Assembly (NCBI GenBank): GCA_038042445.1
Contig: JBBTED010000001.1
Location: 1-40,934 of the forward strand
DNA length: 40,934 bases
DNA from: Candidatus Firestoneibacteriota bacterium
GTDB taxonomy: Bacteria; Oederibacteriota; D2-FULL-39-29; JBBTED01
Reading direction: 5' to 3'
Shown here: positions 28,420 to 38,577 of the stretch, piece by piece
How the letters are laid out: every line of letters begins with the position of its first letter
Position numbering within the stretch: the stretch's first letter is position 1
The notes under the pieces: generated by a model
What the model was told of the DNA's origin: nothing
The model's database searches: none
Seen by the model: only the letters and a program-made list of their open reading frames with translations
Translations under genes and position numbers: made by a program

Positions 28420-29478
28420 TTATATAAATTTATCATGAAAATGTGGTTTTTCTAACCTATACAAATATCTATTTATTACATCAAGCCTACATCCTTTTCT
28501 GCATTCGCAAATCCCTTTTTCTTTTATTTTTTTTAAAACTTCTTTTCTTCTGTTACTTTTCCAGATTTTGTTAAAACTGTTTTTGTATATGTTACCGTAA
28601 AAGAAATCCTCATTGTTATAGAATAAATTGCACGGCAATACATTTCCATTAGAATCTATCAAGGCAAAAAATGGGAGACCATAACACTTCGGATAATCCT
28701 GCTTTTGCTCTAATCTGTCTATTGTTTTATCTCTGTAAATCACTGCAAATTTTTCATCATTAAACACTTCAAGTTTTTGTTTTAAATTTTTTAAATCTGT
28801 GTATTTAATACTAAAATCATTCTTGCTTTTGGGATGATGAGAATAAGGCTTGAGCTGCAAGTTATTTACACCAATTTCTTTAGCCATTTTTGCAAGAGAT
28901 TCTATTTCACTAAAATTCTGTGGAATTAAAAGACATTGCAAACCTACCACAACCTGATAATTCATTTTATTTTTTATCTCAATAGTTCTTTTTATATTTG
29001 AAATAACTTTAGAAAATTCTTCTTTTTTTGCTCCGTGTATTTTTGCATAGGTTTCGGAAGTTCCAGCGTCTATACTGAACCTAATCCATGATAAATAAGG
29101 CAGACAAGCATTTGCTATCTTTTCATCAAAAAATACGCCATTTGTAGTAACAGCTATATCAAGTCCTTTCTCTTTTGAGCGTTTAACAAATAATGAAAAA
29201 TCTTTATGTAAAAGGGGTTCTCCTTCTCCAGCAAACATTATTGATTTAACACCTGAATCTACCATATTTCCCAGAGCAGACAACATTATTTCTTTTTTAA
29301 TATCAGTTTTTTTAGTTTTAAACCAATCCAATGCACAAAAAATACATCTGTGATTGCATCTATTTGTAAGACCTACTTCTACATAAATAGGAAAACAATC
29401 TTTTTTTTGCATCCATTCACAAATTCTCTCAGGATGATAAATCAATTTATGGTTATCTATCTCATAATCATCAATCAT
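28420..29478 (-). CDS. Radical SAM protein with SPASM/twitch domain
   Basis: CNHRCIFC, GEGEPLLH, TTNG, then C...G.VLPC...GNI...IW...C.C...CR. Start set at ATG 29478 (ATGA overlap with the GT9 stop). Confidence 0.9.
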   Translation of the reverse strand: MIDDYEIDNHKLIYHPERICEWMQKKDCFPIYVEVGLTNRCNHRCIFCALDWFKTKKTDIKKEIMLSALGNMVDSGVKSIMFAGEGEPLLHKDFSLFVKRSKEKGLDIAVTTNGVFFDEKIANACLPYLSWIRFSIDAGTSETYAKIHGAKKEEFSKVISNIKRTIEIKNKMNYQVVVGLQCLLIPQNFSEIESLAKMAKEIGVNNLQLKPYSHHPKSKNDFSIKYTDLKNLKQKLEVFNDEKFAVIYRDKTIDRLEQKQDYPKCYGLPFFALIDSNGNVLPCNLFYNNEDFFYGNIYKNSFNKIWKSNRRKEVLKKIKEKGICECRKGCRLDVINRYLYRLEKPHFHDKFI

Positions 29479-30395
29479 AATAATTTTTCTATTTCCCTTT
29501 GGACACATTCAGGTTTTATGTATTCCATACAATTTATTTTCTGGTGGCAAGTTTGTTTAAGACAAGGAATACATTTATAGTTCACTACAGGCAAAAGAAT
29601 TTTTCCTTTTTTGTATAAATACACTTCTTTAGAAGAACTTGGACCAAACAAAACAATAACTTTTTTCTTTAATGCAATAGCAAGATGCATTCCAAGACTA
29701 TCATTTGTAACTATAAGTTTACAGGAATTTATCCAATCAATGTATTGATATAAATTTTCGAGTCCTTCCTGCCAGGAAATAGAAATTTTTTTTTCAAGTA
29801 ATTTCTCTAGTTCAGACCAATACTCTTTTGGCCATGCTTTATTAGGCCATTTTCCACCAACAACCCAATTAAAACCGATATCATATTTTTCTTTGTGCAC
29901 TGACTTATAACCAAGAATATATTCTTCCCCTTTCCATTCTTTACCAATCATACGTGCCAATGCTTCCTGCCAGTATTTTTCACTTTGTCTTTTTTCATCA
30001 AGATTAAAACATAAACTTAATACTTTTTCTGCATTATCATACGCTTGTGCAATCCCTTTAACTTCATCAAATCTAAATCCAAATCTCCTCCATGCACTTA
30101 TTGAATCCGAAAGTGCGCATATTCCCGGAACTTTTTCCAGATTAACAACCGTATCAAACTTTTCTTTTTGTAATTGTAAAACAGTTTCAAGATTATATAT
30201 TAAAATTCTATGTATAAATTTATTGCCTTTCAATAATGGATATGCTTTTTCATCTACCAGCCATGTTACATTATCCTGTTTAAAATAATTCAAAATAACT
30301 GTAGTTCTTAAAACATCTCCTAAACTTGTAGTAGTACTTATTTCCTTATCTAAAGTTTCTGAATATCCAAGTTTAATAATCAATACTTTTCTCAT
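29475..30395 (-). CDS. GT9-family glycosyltransferase (heptosyltransferase-like)
   Basis: LGDVLRTT, K.WP, VTNDSLGMHLAIALKK.VIVLFGPS, C.PC...C...CM..I.P tail. Confidence 0.9.
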   Translation of the reverse strand: MRKVLIIKLGYSETLDKEISTTTSLGDVLRTTVILNYFKQDNVTWLVDEKAYPLLKGNKFIHRILIYNLETVLQLQKEKFDTVVNLEKVPGICALSDSISAWRRFGFRFDEVKGIAQAYDNAEKVLSLCFNLDEKRQSEKYWQEALARMIGKEWKGEEYILGYKSVHKEKYDIGFNWVVGGKWPNKAWPKEYWSELEKLLEKKISISWQEGLENLYQYIDWINSCKLIVTNDSLGMHLAIALKKKVIVLFGPSSSKEVYLYKKGKILLPVVNYKCIPCLKQTCHQKINCMEYIKPECVQREIEKLL

Positions 30396-31846
30396 AATAA
30401 TTTATCACCTTCTTTTGTATGTTTAAATTTATCAACAGATATACTCTTTTTGAACAATTCAAAAAAATCTGCAAATTTTAATTTAAATGGATATATTTTT
30501 GTTTTAACAAGATAAATTTTTGCAAATAAATATGCCGTAAAAAAAACAAAATTGTTTGGAAAATTTATCAAATATTTCATTATTATGTTTCTGGCACAAG
30601 GAAACCATAATGCCACTAATCCAAGTTGTGAAATATTTTGCTGAATATTTTTTTCTTTGTCAGAGAAACAGGAAAGCGGAGACCTATGCTGATATGACAT
30701 ATGCAAAGAATCATAATCTTTATTGAAAATACCTTTTTCTTCGCAATATTTACCCAATTCAGTGCCTGGATATGGATGGCATATCGGAAATTCCGCAAAA
30801 GTAATTTTGCATTTTATATTCATATCAACTGTAGAAATATCATCTTCAATTTTACTATATGGCAAGCCTAATATATTATTAGAAAATGTCTTAATATTAT
30901 ACTTATAAAACACAGAAAAAGCATTCTCAATTTCTTCATTTGAAATATTTCTTTTTAATACCTGATTCCTAAAATGAGGGTTTGCGGCTTCTATTGACAT
31001 ATTAATCGATACACAGCCTGTAGATTTTAGTAGTTTTACAAGCTCCTCATCAACAAGGTTTGGCCTTGTAGCGCAATGAAATGGAATATTGACTTTTTGT
31101 TTGTATAGTCTACAAAACTCTTCAAACCATTCATCCTTACTATATGCCAATATATCATCATAAAATTTAATGAATTGTATTTCGTATTTTTCTTGGACAC
31201 TTAATATTTCTTCTATAACACTTTTTACACTTTTTCGTCTTACTGGCTTTCCTTTTCCTTTATACAATTCTCTGAATGCATGATTAAAACAATATGTACA
31301 AGAATATGGACATCCACGAGATGCCATAAAACTTTTAATAGGGAATTTTCCCATTTCAGTAGTTTTATAAAACAAATCCCTGTCTGGAAATGGCAACTCA
31401 TCTAAATTAGAATAAAGTGACCTCACAGGATTTTTTTTGTCTTTTGTATGAATATTTTCTATATTAGAAATATCCTTTCCTTTTTCAATAGCACTTAAAA
31501 CATCTATAAAAGCTTCATCTCCCTCTCCAATACATATCGCATCAAGACTACTTTTATCTATACATTCAGGATAAAATGTAGGATGAGGACCTCCCATAAT
31601 TGTAAAAATTTCAGGAAATTTTTCTTTGATAATTTTATTTAGTTTTAAATAATATTTATGTTCTCCAGTTCCTGCGCTATAAGCAATAACTTCAGGTCTT
31701 ATATCAACAATTTTTTGCAATATATCTTCTCTTGATAAAATTCCAAGAAATGTATTATGCCCTTTTTCTTTTGCAAGAGCAGAAAGCAGCATAATTCCCT
31801 GCGGATCTATAAAATCAATTGTTTTAACAATAAATAATATTTTCAT
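30392..31846 (-). CDS. B12-binding-domain radical SAM protein (class B methylase-like)
   Basis: P.GIMLLSA, MGGPHPT, GEGD, LPFPDR, SRGCPYSCTYC, PYPGT. Confidence 0.9.
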   Translation of the reverse strand: MKILFIVKTIDFIDPQGIMLLSALAKEKGHNTFLGILSREDILQKIVDIRPEVIAYSAGTGEHKYYLKLNKIIKEKFPEIFTIMGGPHPTFYPECIDKSSLDAICIGEGDEAFIDVLSAIEKGKDISNIENIHTKDKKNPVRSLYSNLDELPFPDRDLFYKTTEMGKFPIKSFMASRGCPYSCTYCFNHAFRELYKGKGKPVRRKSVKSVIEEILSVQEKYEIQFIKFYDDILAYSKDEWFEEFCRLYKQKVNIPFHCATRPNLVDEELVKLLKSTGCVSINMSIEAANPHFRNQVLKRNISNEEIENAFSVFYKYNIKTFSNNILGLPYSKIEDDISTVDMNIKCKITFAEFPICHPYPGTELGKYCEEKGIFNKDYDSLHMSYQHRSPLSCFSDKEKNIQQNISQLGLVALWFPCARNIIMKYLINFPNNFVFFTAYLFAKIYLVKTKIYPFKLKFADFFELFKKSISVDKFKHTKEGDKLL

Positions 31847-31874
31847 AGGTTATTTATCTGAAGCTACAACGATA

Positions 31875-31903
31875 AATATATGACATTATTATATATAAGT
31901 CAA
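31875..31903 (-). promoter_or_regulatory. Putative sigma70 promoter of the radical SAM/glycosyltransferase operon
   Basis: TTGACT (31903-31898), 17-bp spacer, TATATT (31880-31875). Confidence 0.55.
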
Positions 31904-31917
31904 TATATCCCAACCTT

Positions 31918-33354
31918 TTACTTTTCTACATTAAAACCTTTACGCCAGAAATTTATTGATTTCGTAAGTAAATATTTTAGCCATCCAAAGATAAAAAATG
32001 AGGTTATTATTTTATAGGATAATTCACCTGTAATTATTGCTCTTATCCCTGCATGTATAAAACCTGCATAACCACTTTTTTCTTCAAATATTCCTGCCTG
32101 CAAAAATAATTTACTGCTTAATGGAAGTATTTTAAGTCTTCTATTAGAATCAAACAACAACATGCCTATACGATTATCAAATTCAAAATGTTTAAGTTTA
32201 TTATGATAATGTTTTTCAAATGCTTTTTTTGAAATTCCGTGATGTATAATCGTATTTGCAGCATAATATGCACCCATTAATGCAGCAAAGTATCCATCTT
32301 TTAATATTCTACCATAACCTGTAAGGTCTCCAATAATAACCCAGCCATCACCATAAAAATTTTTAGCAGCAGCAGTAAATACTTTTGCTTCGCAAATAAT
32401 TCCACAACGTAGATTTTTATTAACTGATGGCAAATCAATGTATTTTTTAACTGACGGATGTTTAAAAAGATGTTCTAAATCCTCTAAAGTAAGCACTTTA
32501 TTAAGTGCTGTAACTGTTATCCAGCCCTTTCTTTTGGAAACGATACCTACTACACAATCCTTTATAACCCCATCAATAATAACAGTTTTGTGTTCAAGGT
32601 TATCATAAATCGCCTTGCTTGTGTCTATCTCAGTAACACAGGAATCCATCATAGTTGGTGGAATACACCCTCTATCTTTAGAAAATTTTTGCATCATTGT
32701 GTTTTCTAAACTACGCAATCCAGTAGCAATAACAACCACATCTGCATCAATCTCTTTATCTGCTTTTTTTATTGTATAATAGACTTTATTTCTCTTTGAA
32801 CCTAATGGTTCTATTTTAGTTACTGTGGCAGGGTCAATTATAGATAAATATTTATGTGCTTCTTTATCTAAACCCTCCAAAATTTTCTTTCTCAATGAAT
32901 CATCAAACCCCTGTTCACCAAATTTGCTTGTACGCAACATTGAAATTAAAGGAGCATTTAATGCTACTTCAAAACCACCATAAGAATTTATAAATATACA
33001 TCTATTAATTTTAGATAATTCCACATCTATAGGAATATCTAAATTTAGCAAATTCTTTAATGTTGTTGAAGCAAGATTAGTCATTAATCCCCCACAATAA
33101 TTACAACTTGAATGACCAATCTGGATTATTTTAACATTCATATTTTCTTTACTTGCCAATGTAAGTATATGACGTGTAAATACTGAAGCAGCAATTCCTG
33201 TTCCAATTACTACAATTTTAATATCATCTTGTGCCAATTTTAAATCCCCCGACCCATCTTTCAGATGGATGCCCCGCCCTTGATAAGGGGGGGTTAAGGG
33301 AGGTTTTCTTGAAAATTTTTCTTCAATTATTTTAATTATATGTGACTGCAACAT
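31918..33354 (-). CDS. FAD-dependent oxidoreductase (geranylgeranyl-reductase-like superfamily), function unknown
   Basis: IVVIGTGIAAS Rossmann motif, CNYCGG, ADVVVIATG, IIGD.G...KDG..AA. Confidence 0.7.
   Translation of the reverse strand: MLQSHIIKIIEEKFSRKPPLTPPYQGRGIHLKDGSGDLKLAQDDIKIVVIGTGIAASVFTRHILTLASKENMNVKIIQIGHSSCNYCGGLMTNLASTTLKNLLNLDIPIDVELSKINRCIFINSYGGFEVALNAPLISMLRTSKFGEQGFDDSLRKKILEGLDKEAHKYLSIIDPATVTKIEPLGSKRNKVYYTIKKADKEIDADVVVIATGLRSLENTMMQKFSKDRGCIPPTMMDSCVTEIDTSKAIYDNLEHKTVIIDGVIKDCVVGIVSKRKGWITVTALNKVLTLEDLEHLFKHPSVKKYIDLPSVNKNLRCGIICEAKVFTAAAKNFYGDGWVIIGDLTGYGRILKDGYFAALMGAYYAANTIIHHGISKKAFEKHYHNKLKHFEFDNRIGMLLFDSNRRLKILPLSSKLFLQAGIFEEKSGYAGFIHAGIRAIITGELSYKIITSFFIFGWLKYLLTKSINFWRKGFNVEK
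33237..33307. repeat. GC-rich palindromic dispersed repeat inside a CDS, in frame
   Basis: TAAATCCCCCGACCC...GGGTTAAGGGAGGTTTT with internal hairpins CCATCT-TTC-AGATGG (33254-33268) and CCCTT-GAT-AAGGG (33277-33289). Translated KPPLTPPYQGRGIHLKDGSGDL. Confidence 0.7.
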
Positions 33355-33369
33355 AATATATTTTATCCC

Positions 33370-35424
33370 TTATTGTTTTTTCCAATTAGCAAGGAATGTT
33401 TCTGCAATTAATAAACTAACAAGAAGAAATGCTAAAGTTCCGCTGATATTTTTGCCTCTTGTAAGATATAAAATATCTCTTTCTAAATTTTTTGCATCCT
33501 TAATTTCAGTTATTGATATTTTAGGTAATATTTTTTCCAATTCTTTAATTTTTGCCTTTTTTAAATCTGATTCATTCGTATCAAAATTCAGATTTGCAGA
33601 ATAAATTTTAGTCTCAAGTTTACCTTTTGAAAAATATTTTAATTGGTAAAACCCTGGCTCATCTATATTTTTAAATTCAAGCCCACAAAAATCTTTCGTT
33701 CTCGCAGAAGCAAGATTTAGTTTTTTGCCAACAGGAGTTATAATTTCAAAATATTCCGGTAAATCCTCAAACTTAAAAGGAATTTTAATGATGCCTCCTA
33801 CCTTAACACTACAATCAAATGCTCCAGAAAAATCCGAACACACATACTGAACCATTTTGTTAATCAATGGCAAATACATTGGTTTAACTGGCAAATTTGT
33901 CCAATCCCTGTCAACAGTAGATGCAAAAAGCATAACTTTTTCACTACCTATTAAGCAAACATCTTGTGTGTCGAAATTTAAAAATATTTTACTGTCTGAT
34001 TTTGGCAAAATTTTAAAATATTTATAAACTTCTACTGTAGTTAAATCTATGTCTTTTTCTGTTAATAATAAATTGCCTGTTTCTCCTAAAATAATTTTGT
34101 ATTTCCCATCTTCTTTAGGCGAAATTATTGTCCCAGGCAGTATATCTGTAAAACCAGACACATCTTCTGGTTTGATTTTATCGCCCAGGAAAAATACCAC
34201 TCCACCACCATTTTTAACATAATTTTTTATTGTAGTTTGAGAAGAAGGCAAAGCATTACAAAAAAATATTGCATTATAATTACTCAAACTAATTTTATCT
34301 AATTCAGTTTTGTTGCACACATCAACGTCAAAATCAGAATATTGAGCTTTGGGCTTTAATGCAAATTTAAGATAAAATGTTTCACTAAAATATAAAGATG
34401 CTTTTGGATCACCATCTACACATAATATTTTTAGCTTTTTAACTGGAGTTACAACAAAATAATAATGATTATCCACTTCTAAAGAATCTGAACCTATCTC
34501 TATTTTGGATAAATGTGGGACTGGATTTTGCAACACATTTGAAAATGTTTTAACATAAAACTCATTTGATTTAATTTCTAAATAACCGTGATTAACTTTT
34601 TTATCATCAATATAAAATGAAATAGGCAAATTATTGATTTTTGAAGACGAAAAATTATTTACAGTAATATTAAAATTGCAAGGTTGATTTAATACAGGCG
34701 GATTAAATAAAGTATTTGTAACCGCAACATTTGAAGGTTCATCCCCAAGATTTATAACTATAAACCGTACATCTTTAACCAAAAATTGAACATTTTGAGC
34801 TTGATAACCATGCTCAGCCATATCAGTAATTAAAATAATCTGTTTGTTAGATGCTGGTTCTGCCTCTAAAACTTTCAAAGACGCACTGATTCCAGTTGAA
34901 ATATTTGTGTTTTTAAAACTGATATTTAATTTCTTAATTTTTTCTCTTATTCCATCATTTACAGATGACACATAAGAAATTATTGGTTCTACATCTGAAT
35001 TCACAGTTAAAACAGCAATTCTATCTGATTTAGACATTGAATTTACAAAACGTATTGTAGTATTTTTTGCTTCTTCAAACACTGTTTTACCGTTTTTCAA
35101 TTTCTGAGCCATAGAATAAGAATTATCTACAAGTAAAACCGTAGATATTGAAGATTTATCATTTTTTGAAAAATATCCTGTATAAAGTATAGGCCTTGCA
35201 AACAAAAGAACTAAAACTAATATAACAAGACATCTAAGTATAAGCAAAATAATTTCCAAAATTTTATGTCTTTTTATAACATTTGTAAGTGCCATTTTTA
35301 TAAAACGTGTTTCACTGAAATAAAATGGTGTTTTCTTTTTTTTAGATAAAAAATGCAGAAATATCGGTATACCAAGCAAAGGCAACCCAAAAAGAAATGC
35401 AGGATTTAAGAATGTGAAGTTCAT
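33370..35424 (-). CDS. BatA N-terminal double-TM / von Willebrand A domain protein
   Basis: F.NP.FL.GL...PI.LH, LL.LR.L....LFARP, MIDAS DNSYS...T...ITD, DWTNLP, ESDL, C-terminal TM ending AE..LAN. Confidence 0.88.
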   Translation of the reverse strand: MNFTFLNPAFLFGLPLLGIPIFLHFLSKKKKTPFYFSETRFIKMALTNVIKRHKILEIILLILRCLVILVLVLLFARPILYTGYFSKNDKSSISTVLLVDNSYSMAQKLKNGKTVFEEAKNTTIRFVNSMSKSDRIAVLTVNSDVEPIISYVSSVNDGIREKIKKLNISFKNTNISTGISASLKVLEAEPASNKQIILITDMAEHGYQAQNVQFLVKDVRFIVINLGDEPSNVAVTNTLFNPPVLNQPCNFNITVNNFSSSKINNLPISFYIDDKKVNHGYLEIKSNEFYVKTFSNVLQNPVPHLSKIEIGSDSLEVDNHYYFVVTPVKKLKILCVDGDPKASLYFSETFYLKFALKPKAQYSDFDVDVCNKTELDKISLSNYNAIFFCNALPSSQTTIKNYVKNGGGVVFFLGDKIKPEDVSGFTDILPGTIISPKEDGKYKIILGETGNLLLTEKDIDLTTVEVYKYFKILPKSDSKIFLNFDTQDVCLIGSEKVMLFASTVDRDWTNLPVKPMYLPLINKMVQYVCSDFSGAFDCSVKVGGIIKIPFKFEDLPEYFEIITPVGKKLNLASARTKDFCGLEFKNIDEPGFYQLKYFSKGKLETKIYSANLNFDTNESDLKKAKIKELEKILPKISITEIKDAKNLERDILYLTRGKNISGTLAFLLVSLLIAETFLANWKKQ

Positions 35425-36314
35425 AGTTTTTCTCTTGAATAAAGATAGCTTCCTAAAGCTTTATCAAGAGGTGTACTGGTATTTATTAAAGTATAATCTA
35501 TGTTGTTTTTTCTGAAATTCAATCTGTAGTTTTCAATAAAACTGTTTATTGTTTTTTTGTACTCTTCTTTTATTGCATTTGGATTAGCTAAAACTTGTTC
35601 TTTAGACTCCATACCTTCAAATAATATGGTATTTTTAAATGGCAAATCTAATTCTGCAGGATCAAGTAAATGAAAAATTATAACTTCATTTTTTCTAAAC
35701 CTGAATGCCTTAAGAGTATGAAGTATTTTTTCTTCATCGTCAAAAAGATCAGAAATAAAAATAATAAGACTTCTTTTTTTTATGAGAACACTTAATTCTT
35801 TGAAAATTTTTTGTATATCAACTTTTCCTGAACACTCTGAAGTTTCAAGTGCGCCTGTAATAGCCTTTATATGCTCAAGACCACCTCTTGCAGGAATTAA
35901 TTTCAAAATTTCATTACTAAACGTTGCAACTCCAACTTCATCCTGTTGAATTAACATCAGATATGCCAGTGAAGATGCAAGATAACAAGCATATTGAAAT
36001 TTGGAAATACCTGTTGAACCATACTTCATTGAAGCAGACGAATCCACAAGTATATATCCTTTCAAACTCGTCTCTTCCTGATATTGTTTTATATAAAATC
36101 TGTCAAATTTGCCATATACTTTCCAATCTATATTTTTTATCTCATCTCCAAATACATATTCTCTATGTTCTGCAAAATCCACACTTGAGCCCTTAAATTT
36201 ACTCTGATGCAAACCTGAAATAAATCCTTCTACAACAAACCGTGCTCTAAGTCTCATATCCGATAACTTAGCAAGAGTTAATGGATCCAAAAAATTTTCT
36301 TTATGGTCTTTCAA
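35421..36314 (-). CDS. DUF58 domain protein
   Basis: VVEGF.SGLH.S..KG.SVDFAEHREY..GD, IDWKVY, DSSASM, ISDL. Confidence 0.93.
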   Translation of the reverse strand: MKDHKENFLDPLTLAKLSDMRLRARFVVEGFISGLHQSKFKGSSVDFAEHREYVFGDEIKNIDWKVYGKFDRFYIKQYQEETSLKGYILVDSSASMKYGSTGISKFQYACYLASSLAYLMLIQQDEVGVATFSNEILKLIPARGGLEHIKAITGALETSECSGKVDIQKIFKELSVLIKKRSLIIFISDLFDDEEKILHTLKAFRFRKNEVIIFHLLDPAELDLPFKNTILFEGMESKEQVLANPNAIKEEYKKTINSFIENYRLNFRKNNIDYTLINTSTPLDKALGSYLYSREKL

Positions 36315-37077
36315 TTTTTTTTAATTTCTCCTTTATAAAAGGTGAATGAATTGCGTCCAATTTATATGTTCCTGTTAAAGCATACATTATTATATTAACC
36401 GTCAATTTCATTGCCTGCAACCTCTGATTTTCTCCATTTGGCACACACTGAAACAACCAGTTACCTAATTTATCTCTTTCCCATATTCCAAATAAATCAT
36501 TATATGAATACAAAACACTTACCTGATTATTTGCTTTTATACCTTCTAAATACTTTTTTGCAATACGGCATCCTGACACCTCCGGTAAAAAATAAAATGA
36601 AAAAAATAACGCATTATCCTTCTCTATTTTTTCCAATTTTTTATCAGGAAATATTCTGGCAAGTTCTTTCTTCATACTCTTAGTAAATCCCATATTTTCA
36701 ATTCCAACACAATCATCTACAAATAAAATACCTCCACCTTCTAAAAACTTCTGCAAATTACTTATCTCAAGTGATGTAAATGGCAAAAATTCAGTTGTTC
36801 CTGTAATATAAATAATTGGATAATTGGCTATGGACTCGTCAATAGAAGTTATTTCTTTTCTGTCGAAACTGGCATTAATACTGGTAGTTGTTGTTATGAA
36901 ATGATAAATTTCACTCCATGCATTGGGATGAGTATCCCAATTACCACCGTTATAATGAAGTTGGACAAAAGTAAATTGGTTTGTTACAGCAATTGAATTT
37001 TGCGATACAAGTATAAAACATATTATAACGCTTACCCTGCACCACTTCGGTACAAAGCTTACAATGGCATATCTCAT
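36301..37077 (-). CDS. DUF4159 domain protein
   Basis: Y.GGNW, P.IY.TG, L..FL..GG.LFVDD, NDL...W, VNIIMYALTG.YK.D..H. Possible signal peptide. Confidence 0.82.
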   Translation of the reverse strand: MRYAIVSFVPKWCRVSVIICFILVSQNSIAVTNQFTFVQLHYNGGNWDTHPNAWSEIYHFITTTTSINASFDRKEITSIDESIANYPIIYITGTTEFLPFTSLEISNLQKFLEGGGILFVDDCVGIENMGFTKSMKKELARIFPDKKLEKIEKDNALFFSFYFLPEVSGCRIAKKYLEGIKANNQVSVLYSYNDLFGIWERDKLGNWLFQCVPNGENQRLQAMKLTVNIIMYALTGTYKLDAIHSPFIKEKLKKIERP

Positions 37078-37098
37078 TTATCATTTTAACCCAATTAA

Positions 37099-37692
37099 TT
37101 AGTATTTTTCTCCAAGAACATATCGGGTAAAACGTCTGACTATTATATTCTCACCCAATTTCACAATTTTTTGAGTAATAATATCGCTAACTTTTTTATC
37201 GGGGTCTTTTATAAATGCCTGTTCCAGCAAACATACTTCTGAAAAAAATTTTCCGAGTTTGCCTTCGGCTATTTTATCTAAAATTTTATCCGGTTTGCCT
37301 GCATTTTTAGCTTCAGCTTTATATATTTCTTTTTCTTTATCAATTATATTTGCCGGCACATCCTCGCGCTTTATATACAAAGGATTCGAAGCTGCTACCT
37401 GCATTGCAATATCTTTAGCCAATTCTTTAAAATCATCAGTGCGCGCTACAAAATCAGTTTCACAATTTATTTCAAGAAGTACACCTATTTTACCACCCAT
37501 ATGAATATATGAAGTAACAATACCTTCGCTTGCTTCACGACCAACTTTTTTCAAAGCTTTTGAAATACCTTTTTTTCTCAAATATTCAAATGCTTTTTCT
37601 AAATCATCATTTGAAGAATTAAGAGCTTCTTTACATTCAACTATACCTGCGCCTGTTTTTTCTCTTAAATCTTTAATCTTGGATATATCCAT
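37099..37692 (-). CDS. tsf: Translation elongation factor Ts (short form)
   Basis: LREKTGAG..ECK.AL, EINCETDFVAR, AMQVAA, LLEQ.FIKD, GENI.VRRF.RY.LGE. 197 aa. Confidence 0.98.
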   Translation of the reverse strand: MDISKIKDLREKTGAGIVECKEALNSSNDDLEKAFEYLRKKGISKALKKVGREASEGIVTSYIHMGGKIGVLLEINCETDFVARTDDFKELAKDIAMQVAASNPLYIKREDVPANIIDKEKEIYKAEAKNAGKPDKILDKIAEGKLGKFFSEVCLLEQAFIKDPDKKVSDIITQKIVKLGENIIVRRFTRYVLGEKY

Positions 37693-37698
37693 TTCAAC

Positions 37699-38556
37699 CT
37701 ACTCCTCTCTCTTTGACACAATATTACCCACTTTTTTCTTTGGTTTCTTTTTGGCTTTTTCAGCTTCATCTTTATCTACAATTTTTGGCTGTATTAAATC
37801 TTCTATTGCTACAGCCTTCTCTATTTTTTCTGCTTCTTCAACTGATGAAGCTATTTCTTCCTCTAAAACTTTTGAAACAACAGGTCTTACTTCAAGTATA
37901 GTATCTGCAATAAAAGCGCATATTAACTTTATTGACTTTATGGCATCATCATTTGCAGGAATTACATACGCTACATTACTTGGATCACAATTAGTATCTA
38001 CTACAGCTATAACTGGAATATTTAATTTTTTAGCCTCTAACACTGCAGTTTCTTCTTTTTTAGAATCCACAATAAATATAACTCCTGGAAGTTTAGACAT
38101 ATCTTTAACTCCACCTAAAGTTTTTTCAAGTTTTGTTTTTTCCTTTTCTAATCTTGCAATCTCTTTTTTTGTAAGTTTTGAAAAAATTTCAACTTGCATA
38201 CGTTCTAATTCTTTTAATCTGGTAATACTCTTTTTTATAGTCTGAAAATTTGTAAGCATTCCGCCAAGCCATCTATGTGTCACAAAACTCATTTCACATC
38301 GTTTTGCTTCTTCAGTAACTACATCCTGTGCCTGTTTTTTAGTACCAACAAATAATACTGTTTCACCCTTCAATAATATTGATTGCAAAAACTCACAAGC
38401 TTCTTTAAGTTTATCTACTGTCTTTTGCAAATCAATAATATGTATACCATTTTTTTCACCATAAATATATTTCCCCATTTTTGGATTCCATCGTTTCGTT
38501 TGATGTCCAAAATGAACTCCTGCTTCCAAGAACTGCTTTATTACTATCTTTGGCAT
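37699..38556 (-). CDS. rpsB: 30S ribosomal protein S2
   Basis: [46 protein letters not shown]. Confidence 0.99.
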   Translation of the reverse strand: MPKIVIKQFLEAGVHFGHQTKRWNPKMGKYIYGEKNGIHIIDLQKTVDKLKEACEFLQSILLKGETVLFVGTKKQAQDVVTEEAKRCEMSFVTHRWLGGMLTNFQTIKKSITRLKELERMQVEIFSKLTKKEIARLEKEKTKLEKTLGGVKDMSKLPGVIFIVDSKKEETAVLEAKKLNIPVIAVVDTNCDPSNVAYVIPANDDAIKSIKLICAFIADTILEVRPVVSKVLEEEIASSVEEAEKIEKAVAIEDLIQPKIVDKDEAEKAKKKPKKKVGNIVSKREE

Positions 38557-38577
38557 TCTATTTCCTCCCTCTATTGA

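Noticed and set aside
28420..29478. Radical SAM/SPASM protein as the anaerobic sulfatase maturase
   Set aside because: It is embedded in a glycosyltransferase operon more than 20 kb from the sulfatases, and its N-terminus and Cys spacing do not look like anSME.
37679..38245. 188-aa plus-strand ORF
   Set aside because: Antisense shadow of rpsB; Ser/Phe-rich as expected from the complement of Lys/Glu codons.
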